From positions 73,160,001 through 73,224,000 of the forward strand of contig NC_043005.1 in the NCBI RefSeq assembly GCF_006345805.1: 64,000 nt of DNA. Reading direction: 5' to 3'. The position numbers were made by a program, and so were the translations under genes. The notes beneath the pieces are model-generated. The model saw only the letters and a program-made list of their open reading frames with translations. It was not told the DNA's origin and ran no database searches. This stretch comes from Octopus sinensis (Eukaryota). How positions within the stretch are numbered: the first letter of the stretch is position 1; each line of letters starts with the position of its first letter. Shown in pieces: positions 13,222-27,040 of this stretch.

Positions 13222-13444
13222 TTCAGTAGGTCTTGTAGTGATGAGTATGCCAGCGAAGTTTTAGTTTTAAATTTATATTTAACGCTGATTATTTAATGGA
13301 CGTAAATAACAGTTCTGTTATTTACAGTTTCTCATTAGTGTCTCAACCGCCTACGACCTGACGGCATGTTTGATATAGATCTTAGCAGAGGAAACTTTCT
13401 CAACAAAGGCAATGCATGTGATCCCGTTCATTTCCATTGTCTTT

Positions 13445-13654
13445 TGTGTTTTTACTTGCATCAGTCCTTGGATTACGGCCATGCTGTGGCACCATATTGA
13501 AAGGTTTCATTGAACAAATTGACCCTAGTACTTAATTCTTAGGTCTGGCACCTATATTATCGGATCCTCATACAAAGCAGAAAAAATTACTCAGACATAT
13601 GCCAGCCAACATCGGTTGTCGGACGGTGGTGGTAAACAAACACAAACGCACATT

Positions 13655-13701
<47 letters not shown>

Positions 13702-13855
13702 GGGCTTCCACATAGTTTCTATCGACCGAATCTACTCACATGACGTTGTTGGTCCTCAGCTATAGTAGAAGACGCTTGTGCAAGGTGCTGTGTTGAGAGA
13801 CTGCAGTAGATAATAGGTGGTTGCAAAGCGAGATTCATACCCATACTGCCATACC
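13445..13855 (-). mobile_element. Diverged SINE family A
   Basis: ttttacttgcatcagtc...gctatagtagaagacgcttgtgcaaggtgc matches the reverse complement of family A. Confidence 0.75.
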
Positions 13856-14244
13856 CATCCCTCTATACAGCTATGGTTGCGCCTAGTAAAATATTTTCAG
13901 GAAAGGTGGAAGCGAAAACATATTGAAATAATTAAAATTAGAAATACTACAATTTTAGGTGTTATTTGGGAGCGAGTATGACTATATAACATGTACCAAA
14001 TTTTCACTAATTGTTTTAGAAGGCTAATTAGCACCTAAAATTCGAGAGGAGAAGTAGACACCATCTCCGCTCTCGCCTCACCTAATGGAACACTTAGGAT
14101 GCATCAGCTGGAGTGATAGAGGACTGTATCATGATCGGGCTGGTATTTATTTGAACTGAATTTACTGAAGTAAATTCAATGAAATAAAATAGTTTCCCGA
14201 AGGAACCAACGCATTTTCCTCTCCACTAAGCGAATAATAAGTAA

Positions 14245-14432
14245 AGAAATAAGTAAACACTTAACGAGAGATAAGTACGGAACAAAATACCAAAAGAAAT
14301 CTATTTAGAGCTTTCAACGACAAGATAGGAAAACTTCATAAGACAGCAACATCCAGAAAGTTTACTACTTCATTGATAAAGAAGGTATATGTATATATAT
14401 ATATATATATATAAAGAAGGCACACACACACA

Positions 14433-14510
<78 letters not shown>

Positions 14511-15184
14511 GAATGTGGAACGGCATCAGCTTTAATATATTGTCTCAGAATTGGATGTTAAGATAAACACCTGAAACGGCCGTAATTACTAAGATATATC
14601 ACTTACTTTGGCCTAGCTATTTTTCTTAAGAAGATATAACGAAGAAAAATAAGGAGAATTATACAGGGATAGAGAGAAAGAAAGAAAACAGGCAAGAAGG
14701 CATGCTAATAGAACGCTGCTCTTCAAGCAAACTAAATCCTCAACTTGTTCCATTTTCCAAAAGGTTTGCAAGGCACCAGCAGGCCTCAAGAGACACATGC
14801 GTGCCCATAGAACATGATGACCGCTTTATTTTTGTGAACCCTCATTTCAATTTCACGACGAAAAGATCCATCGTATATACATATATCTATTTATATTATC
14901 GAGTTTGAAAACAGAGAAATCTAATAGATAAAAATTAATTTATTAATTAATTAACATATTCACCTACAATTGTTTCATTTCTCAACCAAAATTAAGACTA
15001 CAAAACATATATAAATGTATAAATTTGCATTTTAATATACCTTGGATGGAAAATCATCAGGGTGCACATGTTTTACGATATTTTATATAAGATATTCATT
15101 GAAGAAATATCTCTTCAAAAAACAATATATGAAACCAGTGTATCTTGGATAAAAATATCCCTATAAGAGGTGTATATATCCTCA

Positions 15185-15250
<66 letters not shown>

Positions 15251-16185
15251 TGTGTGTATAAGGACTTAGTTTGGATAAGGTAGCGTGGCATTCGATGATA
15301 AATAAATAATAATACACATTAAGTACAGGACATCACCAACGAGCGAAAAACACGTAAACACACAAGAGATAGTTACAGGAAAATACCCCCCAAAACACAA
15401 TAAGAACAGGATATCAACAACTAGTGAAAATAAGTAAACACATGAGAGGCAAGTACGGGAAAGATACAAAAAGAAGTCTATTTGGAGCATTCAATGACAA
15501 GATAGGAAATATTCATAAGTCAGCAGCATCCAGACATTTTAAAACTATAAAGTTAGAGTTAGAGCTTCGAACGAACAATCGACATACAGAGCAAACAATA
15601 GCCGAAGATAAACATTAAGGGTAATGCCTGGGAGAAATTTTGAAAGACAGAATAGATAGAATAGAAGAAAATAGTAGAAGAGGGAAAATGACAGGAGGCG
15701 AGAGAAATGACGTCCAGTCAGAGGGAAGTCGCGTCCAAAAAAGACAGATGTGAGCGAAATGGCTTGTAATCACGTCTAAGCAACAAGGCTCGGGGAAAGG
15801 GACAAGACAGAGGATGAGGGAAAGGAACAAAGGGAAGGAGGAGAAGGGAAAGGAAAGAAAGATAGTAGGGAGTAGAAGAAAGACAGGGGACAGCAAAGAA
15901 CGAGGGGCAGAAACGGAAAATAAGGAGAATTATAGAAGGATAGAGAGAGAGAAAGAAAACAGTGTAGAGTGGCAGAAATTATAAAGAAATGTAAGAACGT
16001 ACTGCGTACAAGGGTGCGTGGTGTTCGAATGTAAATAAATAAACAATACAGATTAAGTACAAGACATCTCTTTTTTTGATATTTTGTGGTGTAGTTATCT
16101 CTCGCGTGTTTAATGTGTTCTCCTTCGTTGGTGATGTCCTGTGCTTAATGTGTATTTTATTTACCACACACACACACACACACAC

Positions 16186-16249
<64 letters not shown>

Positions 16250-16385
16250 CGTAGAACGGCATCAGCTTTGATACTTTGTCTCAGAATTGGATGTTAAGAT
16301 AAACACTTGAAACGGCCGTAATTACTAAGATACATTCACTTACTTTTGCCTAGCTATTTTTCCTAAAATATATAAGGAAGAAAAA
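14245..16385. repeat. Patchwork of partial tandem and inverted duplications (possibly Penelope-like remnant)
   Basis: 14245-14370 ~ 15425-15545; 14511-14650 ~ 16246-16385; 14643-14690 ~ 15915-15962; 15275-15335 ~ 16010-16070; 16075-16165 is an inverted copy of about 15298-15390. Confidence 0.7.
14953..15072 (-). ncRNA. Type-I hammerhead ribozyme motif with long stem II
   Basis: Minus strand: aacatgtgcacc-CTGATGA-ttttccatccaa...ttggttgagaaat-GAAA-caattg-TA-ggtgaatatgtt. Stem I is 12 bp with one mismatch; stem III is palindromic. Confidence 0.7.
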
Positions 16386-17148
16386 TGCTTTATTGAAATA
16401 ACTTGGTAAACTTTATAAGGATGATCTAGATATATAAGTGATAAAAGAATTCACTTTGACAGATATTGAAATCGGAGAGGTAATGGAAAATAACTTGAGA
16501 AGATTTATAAGATCGAAATAAATTAATAAACAGTGGAATATTTTTAAGAAGATGTAATAAAGAAAAGTTATAAAATAGAGGAACGTGAAAATATTTTGAT
16601 TTGCCTTGAAAATTATAATTCCTATAATCCAAATATAATATCATAATTGCTATAAAATGCAAAGGAAACAACACCGCGTATTGGACCGGAGGGCGAATTT
16701 GTTGAAGAGAAAAATCTCAGTTGAAAAATAAAAATGCAAGTGGGACACAAATAGATGATAGTGAATAAAAACTTCAAAAATGGGTGACGTGAGTTTTGGA
16801 AAGGAACATTATAAGCAACGTTTTTATTAGAATGCATTGAAATTGCAATGTTTAAGATTTTACTATAATTTTAGGATGATCCAAAAGGTTCTGAAAAGTT
16901 TTAGGTTTTTTTGTATACAGATATACAATCATTAAATATAAGTTTTAAATGCTAATAACAGGATCAGAATAGAAACATTGACAATAGCAAAAAGAGCATA
17001 AAGATAACATTTGGAATAGAACTGGGCAATAAAGGATACTTTTTCAGTAAATGATATGCTTCAGGAAACTTTAATCTGTCAATAACGGTGAAATAAAAAA
17101 AGAAAGGAATGAGGTGATCAGAGACAGATACTGATAAACAAACAGACG

Positions 17149-17206
<58 letters not shown>

Positions 17207-17211
17207 AATAT

Positions 17212-17310
<99 letters not shown>

Positions 17311-17312
17311 TA
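17149..17312. repeat. (GATA)n microsatellite
   Basis: Directly visible; others at 36341-36436, 59467-59656 and 62123-62183. Confidence 0.95.
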
Positions 17313-18537
17313 GAGTTAAACAAAAGAAGGATAAAGTCGTATATACCGTACTATAAAGACTTGGTGTAAGAACAACACCTGGCAAATGAAACTTCCTTTA
17401 GGTAAGAGATTGAATTGCCTAAACTGTATTATGCATGTGGGTGCTCGTGGAGACGGTGTAAAACGTGGAAGGGTTGAATCAGAGCACAGTATTAATGGCA
17501 TTTAGGATAAACAGCAGAGACATTGCTGGTTCGATTGATGATATACTTTTCATGATACTTTTCATTATACCAAATCGAAGTCAATCATTTGGTATCAGAC
17601 GGAATCCGCCATCAGGACTTTTTAAACTTCAAGAAAACGAAGCATTCGATGGTGATCCAATATTCATTCAAGGATTACTCGTCATTTGTATTATATTACT
17701 TTCTTATATGTTCCATTCGAAATAATATTTAATTAACTGTAATAGACACAAGATAAGATATCCGTGTAAATATTTCAGGTTATTATCCCACTTAAATGTC
17801 CGGCTTCGTTACATCCATTTCATTATCTTAGCCGTTAGGGGGCGCTATGGCTTTAGATACAAACCGTCATCGAATCAGTTACTTCCGCACAGCTAGTTTA
17901 CTTTCACAACTAATGATTTTGGGGAAGAAATAAATATTGCACCTCGTATCTCACACGGCCGCTTTCTCAAATTAACAGGGCCAACAAACAATTTGGAGGT
18001 TAGAACTAGGGGGAGTAATTAAATCTAATTGTATTAGTAAATGGTGTCTCTGCTGATTACAATGGAACTGGCATCTTTTCATTATATATCTTTACAGCAA
18101 TAAAACCAGGCCATTGAAAGGGAATCGGCGCTTTTAGAAATATACAGGCGTTGAAAGTTTAATCAACAGACACGCACACTGTCATAGTCCAGATGTAACT
18201 GATCCAATGTCAACATCATAACAGAAATTCTATATGTTCGATTGATATTTTTGCAATAGGATAAACACACAGACACACACACACACACACAGCCACACAC
18301 ACAGAGCCACACACACACTCATACATGCACATACGTATTCGCTTTTTAGAATAATTTATTTTAATATTCAGTGTTAAAAGTGACTCAAGAATAAAAAGGT
18401 CGTGCATGGTCCAGTTTGTTAAGTACTCTGCACGGGACTCTCATACCTTGAGTCACTTTTGTAACTTTCTGGAGATTATATATATATATATATATATATG
18501 AGTGTGAGTGTGTGTGTGTGTGTGTGTATGTGTGTGT

Positions 18538-18835
18538 GGAGACGCAATGGCTCAGTGGTTAGGGCAGCGGACTCGCGGTCGGAGGATCGCAGTTTTGATT
18601 CCCAGACCGGGCGTTGTGTGTGTTTATTGAGCGAAATCACGCAAAAGCTCTACGAGGCTCGGACAGGGGGGGGGCGACCCCTGTTGTATTCTTTTGCCAC
18701 AACTTTCTCTCACTCTCTCTTCCTGTTTCTTGAGTAACGCTGCGATGGACTGCCGTCCCGTCCAGCTGGGGGGAACACATGCGCCACAGAAATCGGGAAA
18801 CTGGGTCCATGAGCCTGGCTAGGCTTGAAAAGGGC

Positions 18836-18836
<1 letters not shown>
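18538..18836 (+). mobile_element. tRNA-derived SINE, family D
   Basis: Head TGGCTCAGTGGTTAGGGCAGCGGAC...GTTTTGATTCCC (A/B boxes); body shared with 2744-2843; flanked by TG/TA tracts. Confidence 0.8.
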
Positions 18837-18891
<55 letters not shown>

Positions 18892-19356
18892 GTATCCATA
18901 TAGATTAGCTTAGGCAAAAGCATTGTAATAGGCTCTTAAAAGTTTCCGTGCTTCTTATCGGCTACCACTTGTTATTTCCATCTTAATTTATATCAAATGA
19001 ATATGTACAATTATAACCTAATGTTTTGAGGTGTAGAAACATATGTTGCAAAAAATTAATAAAGCCTATGAATTTCCATAGTCATGTTATCATTGTTAAT
19101 ATATATATATATATATATATATGCATGTAAGTATCTATGTATAAGTATGTATGTATAACAAGGATTATTACGAAGTAGAATTAGCATTACCTTTAATTCC
19201 TTTTCATAAATAATACAGACCCAGATAATCATAGACATTTTTCTACTGCATCGATTAGTGACCATTGCAATTGAAACATTACCTGTGAAGTTCCTTCAGA
19301 GTCTTCATTTTAATATTTTTTGATATTATTATTATCATCATCATTATTATTATTAT

Positions 19357-19812
19357 TGAGTGAGAGCAGTTCATGGCATCAAAGTGACACTGGGGTAAAA
19401 TATACGAAGCCCAATATACCCATCATGACTACCCGTCTGATAAGGGTACACCAGGCACATGCATCACAACCACATGTGCGCGACATGGTGATCTCATATC
19501 AAGATAAACAGCACATGACCTTGCAGGTGGGGCCCAGTTAGAATTTTCTTCAGGTTGAGTAGCCCATCCCGCTCAAACGGTCCCTGAATAAGGGTTGTTT
19601 AAGGATGTTGAAAAAACCACCCATGTTTCCAAAGGTGAATTATCCAAACCCCAAAGAATCCCTCTCAACACATGGCTATGATGCTCCCCCACTACTTCTG
19701 CTCATGATCAGAGATGCACATATCATCAGCCACTAAGGGACATGCTCAACTGGTTATGGTCAAACAACTGACAAGCAAATCTGTGGTATTGAGCAGAATA
19801 TTTGCTGTAGCC
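19357..19812 (-). mobile_element. Non-coding retroelement 3' segment embedded in (ATT)n, copy 2
   Basis: Near-identical to 6074-6532; ATT repeats on both sides. Confidence 0.8.
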
Positions 19813-19813
19813 C

Positions 19814-19884
<71 letters not shown>

Positions 19885-19887
<3 letters not shown>

Positions 19888-21468
19888 CATTCAGTAGTTT
19901 TATTTTTATAGCGTGCTTTCACTTCACTACGGAGCGCAGCTCTGTGTGCCTTGGGTATGTGCTGTGATTTGTTGTAATGCTCTGATGGTTATTGTATGGA
20001 AAGTGTTCTGCGTAGGATGTGTGCAGTGCCTAGTAGTGCAATTTTCTGTATGTTATATGTGTTGTAAGTCCTGGTGTTTTTGTTATGTATTTGTCTGAAT
20101 ATTTTTTCATCATGCCTAATGCTCCTACTATGATAGGAATGTTTCTGTTTCTAGATTCCACATTCTGGTACTCTCTTTAGGTCTTTGTTTTTTTGTACTT
20201 TGAAAGTTTCTCCATTTCATTTAGAGACACGTTGTCATCTGCCGGTATTGATACATCAATTAGAAAGCATTTATTTTCTTCATGATCTCTGACAACTATA
20301 TCTGGTCTGTTGGCCTTAATTTCTCTATCTGTGTGTATTAGCATATCCCAGAGTATGGTTGCTTTCTCGTTTTCTGTGACCTTTTTGGTGTGTGCCTATA
20401 CCATCTTTTTTCTGTGTTATTCCATAATGTTGGCATAACTTCCAGTGTATGTAGGTTCCAACTCTGTCATGTCTGTGAAAATATTCCTTCTTAGAAGGAC
20501 TGGGCAGCCAGATATAATATGATTTATTGTTTCTTGTCCATCTCCACATATTCTGGAATTACTTGTTATATTTCTTTTCATTACATGTTTTTGGTAATTT
20601 CTGGTGGGGAGGCTTTGGTCTTGTGCTGCAATTAAAAATCCCTCTGTCTCTGCTTTGAGTCCTGAGCTTCTCAACCATTGCTGGGATTTTTCTTTGTCTA
20701 TTTCTTTTGCGTTTAGTTTAGTCCAGTATTTACCACGAAGGGGCTTTTCTTGCCATCGTTCTATCATTGTTCTTTGCTGTTCTAGTTTTAGTTTGGATTT
20801 CATTTGTTTTATAGCTTTTGTTCTTTCTTCATCTTCTTCTTCTTCATATTTATTAGGTGGTATGATTTCTTGTTTGTATTTGTCAGCTTCCTTAAATACT
20901 GAGAACAGTTTTTTGTTTTGCTCGTGTTTTGCCGCTATTTGTATCAGTTTTCCTTCCTTCTGAAGTAGATATTTTTGCAGTCCTATGGTGGTTATTTTAT
21001 AGTAGTTTTCCAGCTGTATAAGGCCTCTACCACCTTCTATACGTTGTATATATAGTCTTTCTATGTCAGATTTTGGGTGATGCATCCTAGATCCTGTCAT
21101 TATTTTTCTTGTTTTCCTATATATTTTGGTCAGTTCATTTAATGTCCAGTTAAGGATATGTAGCTGTAACTTATAACTGGGACAGCTAAAGTGTTAATAC
21201 CTATTATCTTGTTTTAGACATTGAGATCTGTTTTTGTATTGATGTAACTCGTCTATAATATTCTTTTTTTATTTTCTCTTTCATTTGTGTGTGTTATGTC
21301 TTATCTAGTTCATAGATTCCTAAGTATTTGTAAGTTTGGCTTTGGTCTAATTCTTTCATTTCATTGGTTTTATCTAGTGTGATGTTGCTACTCTTAACTA
21401 GTTTTCCTCTTTTCGGGGTTACTTTGGCGCATTTTTCTAATCCAAATTTCATATCTATTTCTTTGGTA
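19885..21468 (-). mobile_element. 5'-truncated R4/Dong-like non-LTR retrotransposon (RT C-terminus, zinc-finger remnant, restriction-like endonuclease)
   Basis: Minus-strand motifs KFGLEKCAK, YKYLGI, HPKSDIERLY..RIEGGRGL, KAETEGFLIAAQDQSL, ICGDGQETINHIISGC, HRHDRV, ILWD..IHTDREIKANRPDIVV, CFLIDVSIP, IQKIALLGTAHILRRTLSIQ* (stop 19989-19991). Frameshifted; (ATT)n on both sides. Confidence 0.92.
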
Positions 21469-21579
21469 ATCATTATTATTATTTTTATTATTATTATTAT
21501 TATTATTTATTATAATCTTCATTTATTATTTATTATTATTTATTTATTATTATATTATTATTTATTTATTATTGTAATC

Positions 21580-21890
21580 TGATTGTTTGTCACTATCACT
21601 TGCCGAGACACACCCAGCATCCTGGGTCGAATGGAGGATAAGAGATGTTACAGTATGACTTAAAGCTTGGTGAGGAGGAGAGGATGTGGCAGGGGCTGTA
21701 GCGAAATTTCTTCATGTAATACAATACAGACATTTAAATAGATGCGATTTTGTCAGCGCAATCATTTGGATTTCTCTGAAACGTGGTTCTCCTGACATAT
21801 TATCAAGTTGTTTCTGACTTTTCTTTCTTATCATACCTATGGCACACACAATAACGGGAACAGTTCTCGCTTTAAGACGCCACATCTTTT
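21580..21890 (-). mobile_element. R4/Dong-like LINE 3' end (another family)
   Basis: KMWRLKARTVPVIVCAIGMI...FREIQMIAL; flanked by ATT/ATC repeats. Confidence 0.7.
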
Positions 21891-22122
21891 GTATTATTAT
21901 TATCATCATCATCATCATCTTTATTGATATTGAATACTCCAGGAAACGTATATGGTTAAATGTTATATATATGGAGTAATCGAACGGAATATCACTCTAA
22001 ATCCTTATCATAAGAGAATTATTACTGGGTTCATATACTAGCCGTTGAATAACTTATTTTTGAATACCTAACTGTGAGCAAACTTTTAGGTGTTTGGGGA
22101 AATTCCTTACTAATTACTTATA

Positions 22123-22156
<34 letters not shown>

Positions 22157-22939
22157 CACACATACACGCACAGAGAGGCAAAAATACAAATATAATACAT
22201 ATATAGTAAATAGACAGACTGATAGATTAATTGATAGACTGGTCGGTAAATGGAAATGAGAAACTCTTCAATTATAGGCACAAGACTCGAAATTTTCAGG
22301 GAGAGCAATTCGATTGCATCGACGTTAGGGCTCAACTCGTAGCTGCTCTTCATGCTGCCAACATAATCGATACGAGAAATTGTAACCAAATCTTCGAATT
22401 AGACGCCATCTTTTGGGAAGTATTACAACAAGCCTGATATAAACCGGCATTATGTATACTACTATGGAAAGCGAAAGTAAAACGCTGGAATATTTTTGAT
22501 CGTATTTATGCAAACGTGGTTGAGAATATGATGAGGAAAGCAACAACATAGAAAAGTCACTAGCATTAAGTTCTATCGAAATTTTTCCCGTTCATTTACG
22601 AAAATATCATGTAGGTTAGATATGAATAATTACAGTTTGAGGCAAAAGCTTCCTGTCAGATTATCACGGAGACATCTTACCAAGAAAGAATTTTTTCTTC
22701 TCTTTTCTCTCTCTCTCTCTGTCGCTTCCTGAATGTGAGATAAATTTCCGATTCACTATAATTCATACATGTATAAAAACGAATAAATAAATAAATTAAA
22801 AAGTCAACGCTGTCAATTAACAGTAGAGACCTAGCAACAATTCGAAACTTCTCTTACTTTCCTTAAATAAAGTATTTCAAGTGTGAAAGAAGTCTGAAAG
22901 AAAACTAGCCAACCATGATAACTAAATATATAAATTGCG

Positions 22940-23278
22940 TGTACATATATCTACAAATGCATGAGTATATGCATGCATACTTACTTATATATCCATATAC
23001 ACATATATATATACACATGCATATGTACATATATTATATATATAAGTATATATATATATATAATATACATATTTATACCTATGTATGTATATATATATAT
23101 ACATACATATATATATATATATATGTATATATACACATACATATATATATGCATATATATATATACATATACATACATATGTATGCATATATATATACAC
23201 ATGCATATGTACATATATTATATATATAAGTATATATATATATACATATATATATACACATGCATATGTACATATATT

Positions 23279-23309
<31 letters not shown>

Positions 23310-23345
23310 CATACATATATATATATATATGTATGTATATATATA

Positions 23346-23395
<50 letters not shown>

Positions 23396-23450
23396 ATATA
23401 TATATATATATATACATATATATATACATATGCGTATATGTATGTATGTG
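22940..23450. repeat. Long compound (TA)n/(TACA)n tract
   Basis: Directly visible. Confidence 0.95.
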
Positions 23451-25308
23451 TTGTGCAACTTACTATTTTCTCCTTCATATCCGTGCTAGGTAAACACAAA
23501 TCTACAAGGAATCAAAATGACTTCTGTTGTGAAATAGCGCGGAATTGATTATCAGAAATAAATCTTTTGGGGGGACATACGCTTAATTGAAAAAAAAAAT
23601 TAACTAAGAATACAAAAAGGAAACAAAGACAACACCAACAACGACGCCAGCGACACCAGTAAACAAATAAATAAAATATATATAAAAAAAAAGACAGCAG
23701 ACTTAAATATCTTCGAAACCTTGTCACGTCTGATAATATCGAATTGGAGAAAGCAAGTACTGCGAATGACATGTCTAAAGTGCGTATCTATAATTGAGGG
23801 CATATGGTTATGTGACAGATTGACGATTCTCAGCTATCAGGTGCAGGATTTCTGTAAAATGCCTTGATTATATCCTACCTACTTGTCTTTCCTTCTGCAT
23901 TGTTCAGTAGTTGGAGTCTAAGTGTGTATGTGTGTGTGTGTGTGTAGTGAAGTATAAGCAAGCGTACGCGTTAGAGCGTGTGTGTAGTGTGGGCGAGCGT
24001 ACGTGCGTGTGAGAGTGTGTCTGAGGAATGTACGTGAGCGTACATGCGTGTAAGTATGTGTGCGTGTGTAGTGTAGTTTAAGTGAGCGTAATGCGTGTCT
24101 CTGTGTGTATGTGTGTATGCGTGTAGTGTCCTGTAGGCGACAGTACGTGCGTGCGTGTGTATGTCTGAATGTCTGTGTGTTGCCCGTGTGTCGTGTGTGT
24201 GTGTGTATAACGGAAGTTTCTAGGCTAGTTATATATCTCATCAAAACGATCATACATTCAAACACTCGCACACACGCCAAGAGGAACATGTACATTAGTA
24301 CATATGTATGTATGCATATATGTACGCACACACACAGACACATACACACAAACACAAAGCATAGTATAATATACGTTTGTGCCTATGTGAATGCTTACAC
24401 ATTTTTTAATCAGCGTGAAAACCGAGTGAATTTAGTACTCGTGCATGTGTGTACGTGTGTATGTGTATATACATAACGTAAAGGGATAAAGATTTATAGA
24501 ATGGCAGTGAACACATAGAATTGTTTAAGGCAAACAAGTACCCTATACTTAACCTAAACAGTTAAATCCTGACTTCGTTCTCTTGTGTGTTATAAGTATA
24601 TATAGAGCGCATATCATCAAGCTACGCGAAAGAAAGATGGAGTAGAAAACATCTTAAAAACGTCTTTATTTATGAGTTCGCTTAACCCACCCGCATGAGT
24701 ACAACCTTGAGCAAAGCTGCATAAGGTTGTCTACCCTGGATGAATACGTACTGAAAGTGAGCTAAATAGATGCAAATAAATGCTACATCAAATACGAAAT
24801 GTCATATTTATACAGGAGTAGTCGTAACCCTGTCGTTAACAAGCTTTATTCCCAACCATGTAATGGTGCGTTAAATTCTATTGTGCGGCAGTACAATACC
24901 TTGGCAAGCATCGTCTGCTGTAACGATTTTGAGCGATAGAAACTGAAAGAACTATCATGTGCATATATGAGTGTGTGTGTGTGTGTGTGTATTGTGTGTG
25001 TGTGTATTGTGTGTGTATTATATGTGTATTGTGTGTGTGTGTATTGTGTGCGTGTATTGTGTGTGTGTATTGTGTGTGTGTCAAAATTACTACATTTTTG
25101 AAGTGTAAAGGGAATTTATTTTCCAATTTTTTTTTTTATTCTTAAGTTATAAAGTCATTTATCGGGAAGTTGTTAACCTTTTCTGGAAGAATTCTTTCCC
25201 CAATGTGTGAGCGCATTCGAATAACATTTTGAAACGCACGTTTGGTACACACACACACACACACAAACACATACACACACACACACAAACACATACACAC
25301 ACACACAG

Positions 25309-25374
<66 letters not shown>

Positions 25375-25375
25375 G

Positions 25376-25705
25376 GCAGCCAGGCTGTGTGGCAAGATGC
25401 TGGCTACCCAACCATATGGTTCTAGGTGAAGTTCCACTGCGCGGCACCTTGGGCCAACCGAAATCTTGTGAGTGGATTTGGTAGATGGAAACTAAAAGAA
25501 GCCCATCGTATGCGTGTGTGTGTCCGTGTTTGTTTCCCCACCATCGGCTGACAACCGATGTTGGTGTGCTTATATCCCCGTAACTTAGCGGTTCGGCAAA
25601 AAAGGCAGATAGAATAAGTACTAGGTTTGCAAGGAATAAGTCCTGGGTTCGATCTGTTCGATCCTTTCGAATGGCCGCAGTCAAATGACAAACAAGTAAA
25701 AGAAA
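25376..25705 (+). mobile_element. SINE family A (diverged)
   Basis: Family A body and tail. Confidence 0.8.
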
Positions 25706-25989
25706 TAAATTTTAAAATATATATGTATGTACATACATGTGTGTGTGTGTGTGCGCGCGCGTGTGTTTGCATTTGTGACCGTTCCTCAACATTTTACTAC
25801 CGGCGTTGGTTTGTCTATGTCCACATAAAGAAAAAAGGATTGAATAAATAGTAGCTTTTAGAATTTAAAGCACTGCACTCTATCTGTTTGACTAAATCCT
25901 TCAAGATGCTGCTCCAAGACGGTACCTAGCTATTCGTTCTTTTCAGCTATCTAACACTTTCCTGTACCATAATTATTATTATCAACTAA

Positions 25990-26197
25990 AGGCGGCGAGC
26001 TGGCAGAAACGTTAGCACCGCCGGGCGAAATGTTCTGAGTTCAAATTCTGCCGAGGTCGACTTTGCCTTTCATCCTTTCGGGGTCGATAAATTAAGTACC
26101 AGTTACGCACTGGGGTCGATGTATTCGACTTAATTCGTTTGTCTGTCCTTGGTTTTTCCCTCTATGTTTAGCCCCTTGTGGGTAATAAAGAAACATA
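25990..26197 (+). mobile_element. tRNA-derived SINE family B, long (Tx1-like) tail
   Basis: GGCGGCGAGCTGGCAGAAACG...GAGTTCAAATTC...CCTTTCATCCTTTCGGGGTCGATAAATTAAGTACC...gccccttgtgggtaataaagaaaca. Confidence 0.9.
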
Positions 26198-26651
26198 TTA
26201 TTATTATCATCATCATTATTATTAATCGTTTCATTATTTTCTGTCTGTTTTCTTTTTTTATTTTTTCAAATAGCTCTTCAAATAGCTGCATAGCTAAATA
26301 CTTTATCTAGTCATTTTCATGCAGTGAGATTTGGTAGAATTAGGAAGTCTTTTTCCTTCGATCCTAAGATGGCTCTTTCGAAAAATCAAGTTGGCTTACG
26401 TATTTTCGAAAATCAAGTTGGATTACGTAATTTTTGTCTACAAATAAACACTACTATTGGTGCTAATTATCAACTATTATAATTAGCACCGACACATCTT
26501 TAGATAATGCATTAAAAACATAAATATGTACCGCAAATACATGTTTAAAATACGTTTTTAATGAAGTTTTTGCTGGGAATGTCCAATGTACAATTTTAGC
26601 GATTATTTTTTTATCAGTATCAACATTGATACAGACACGCAAGTTATATAT

Positions 26652-27040
26652 CCTTTTCTACTCTAGGTACAAGGCCTGAAATTTTGGGGGAGGGGAGCAG
26701 TCGATTAGATCGACCCCAGTACTCAAATGATACTTAATTTATACACCCCGAAAGGATGAAAGACTAAGTCGACCTCGGTGAAATTTGATCTCAGAACGTA
26801 CCGGCAAACGAAATACCTATTTCTTAACTACCCAGAAGGGGATAAACACAGAAGGGACAAACAAGGAGAGACAAACGGATTAAGTCGATTACATCGACCC
26901 CAGTACGTAACTGGTACTTAATTTATCGACCCCGAAAGGATGAAAGGCAAAGTCGACCTCGGCGGAATTTGAACTCAAAACGTAACGGCAGACGAAATAC
27001 CGCTAAGCATTTCGCCCGGCGTGCTAACGATTCTGCCATT
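26652..27040 (-). mobile_element. SINE family B head-to-tail dimer (long-tail unit followed by short-tail unit)
   Basis: Two copies of cccgaaaggatgaaag...gtcgacctcgg at about 26747-26780 and 26930-26965, separated by the long tail. Confidence 0.85.
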
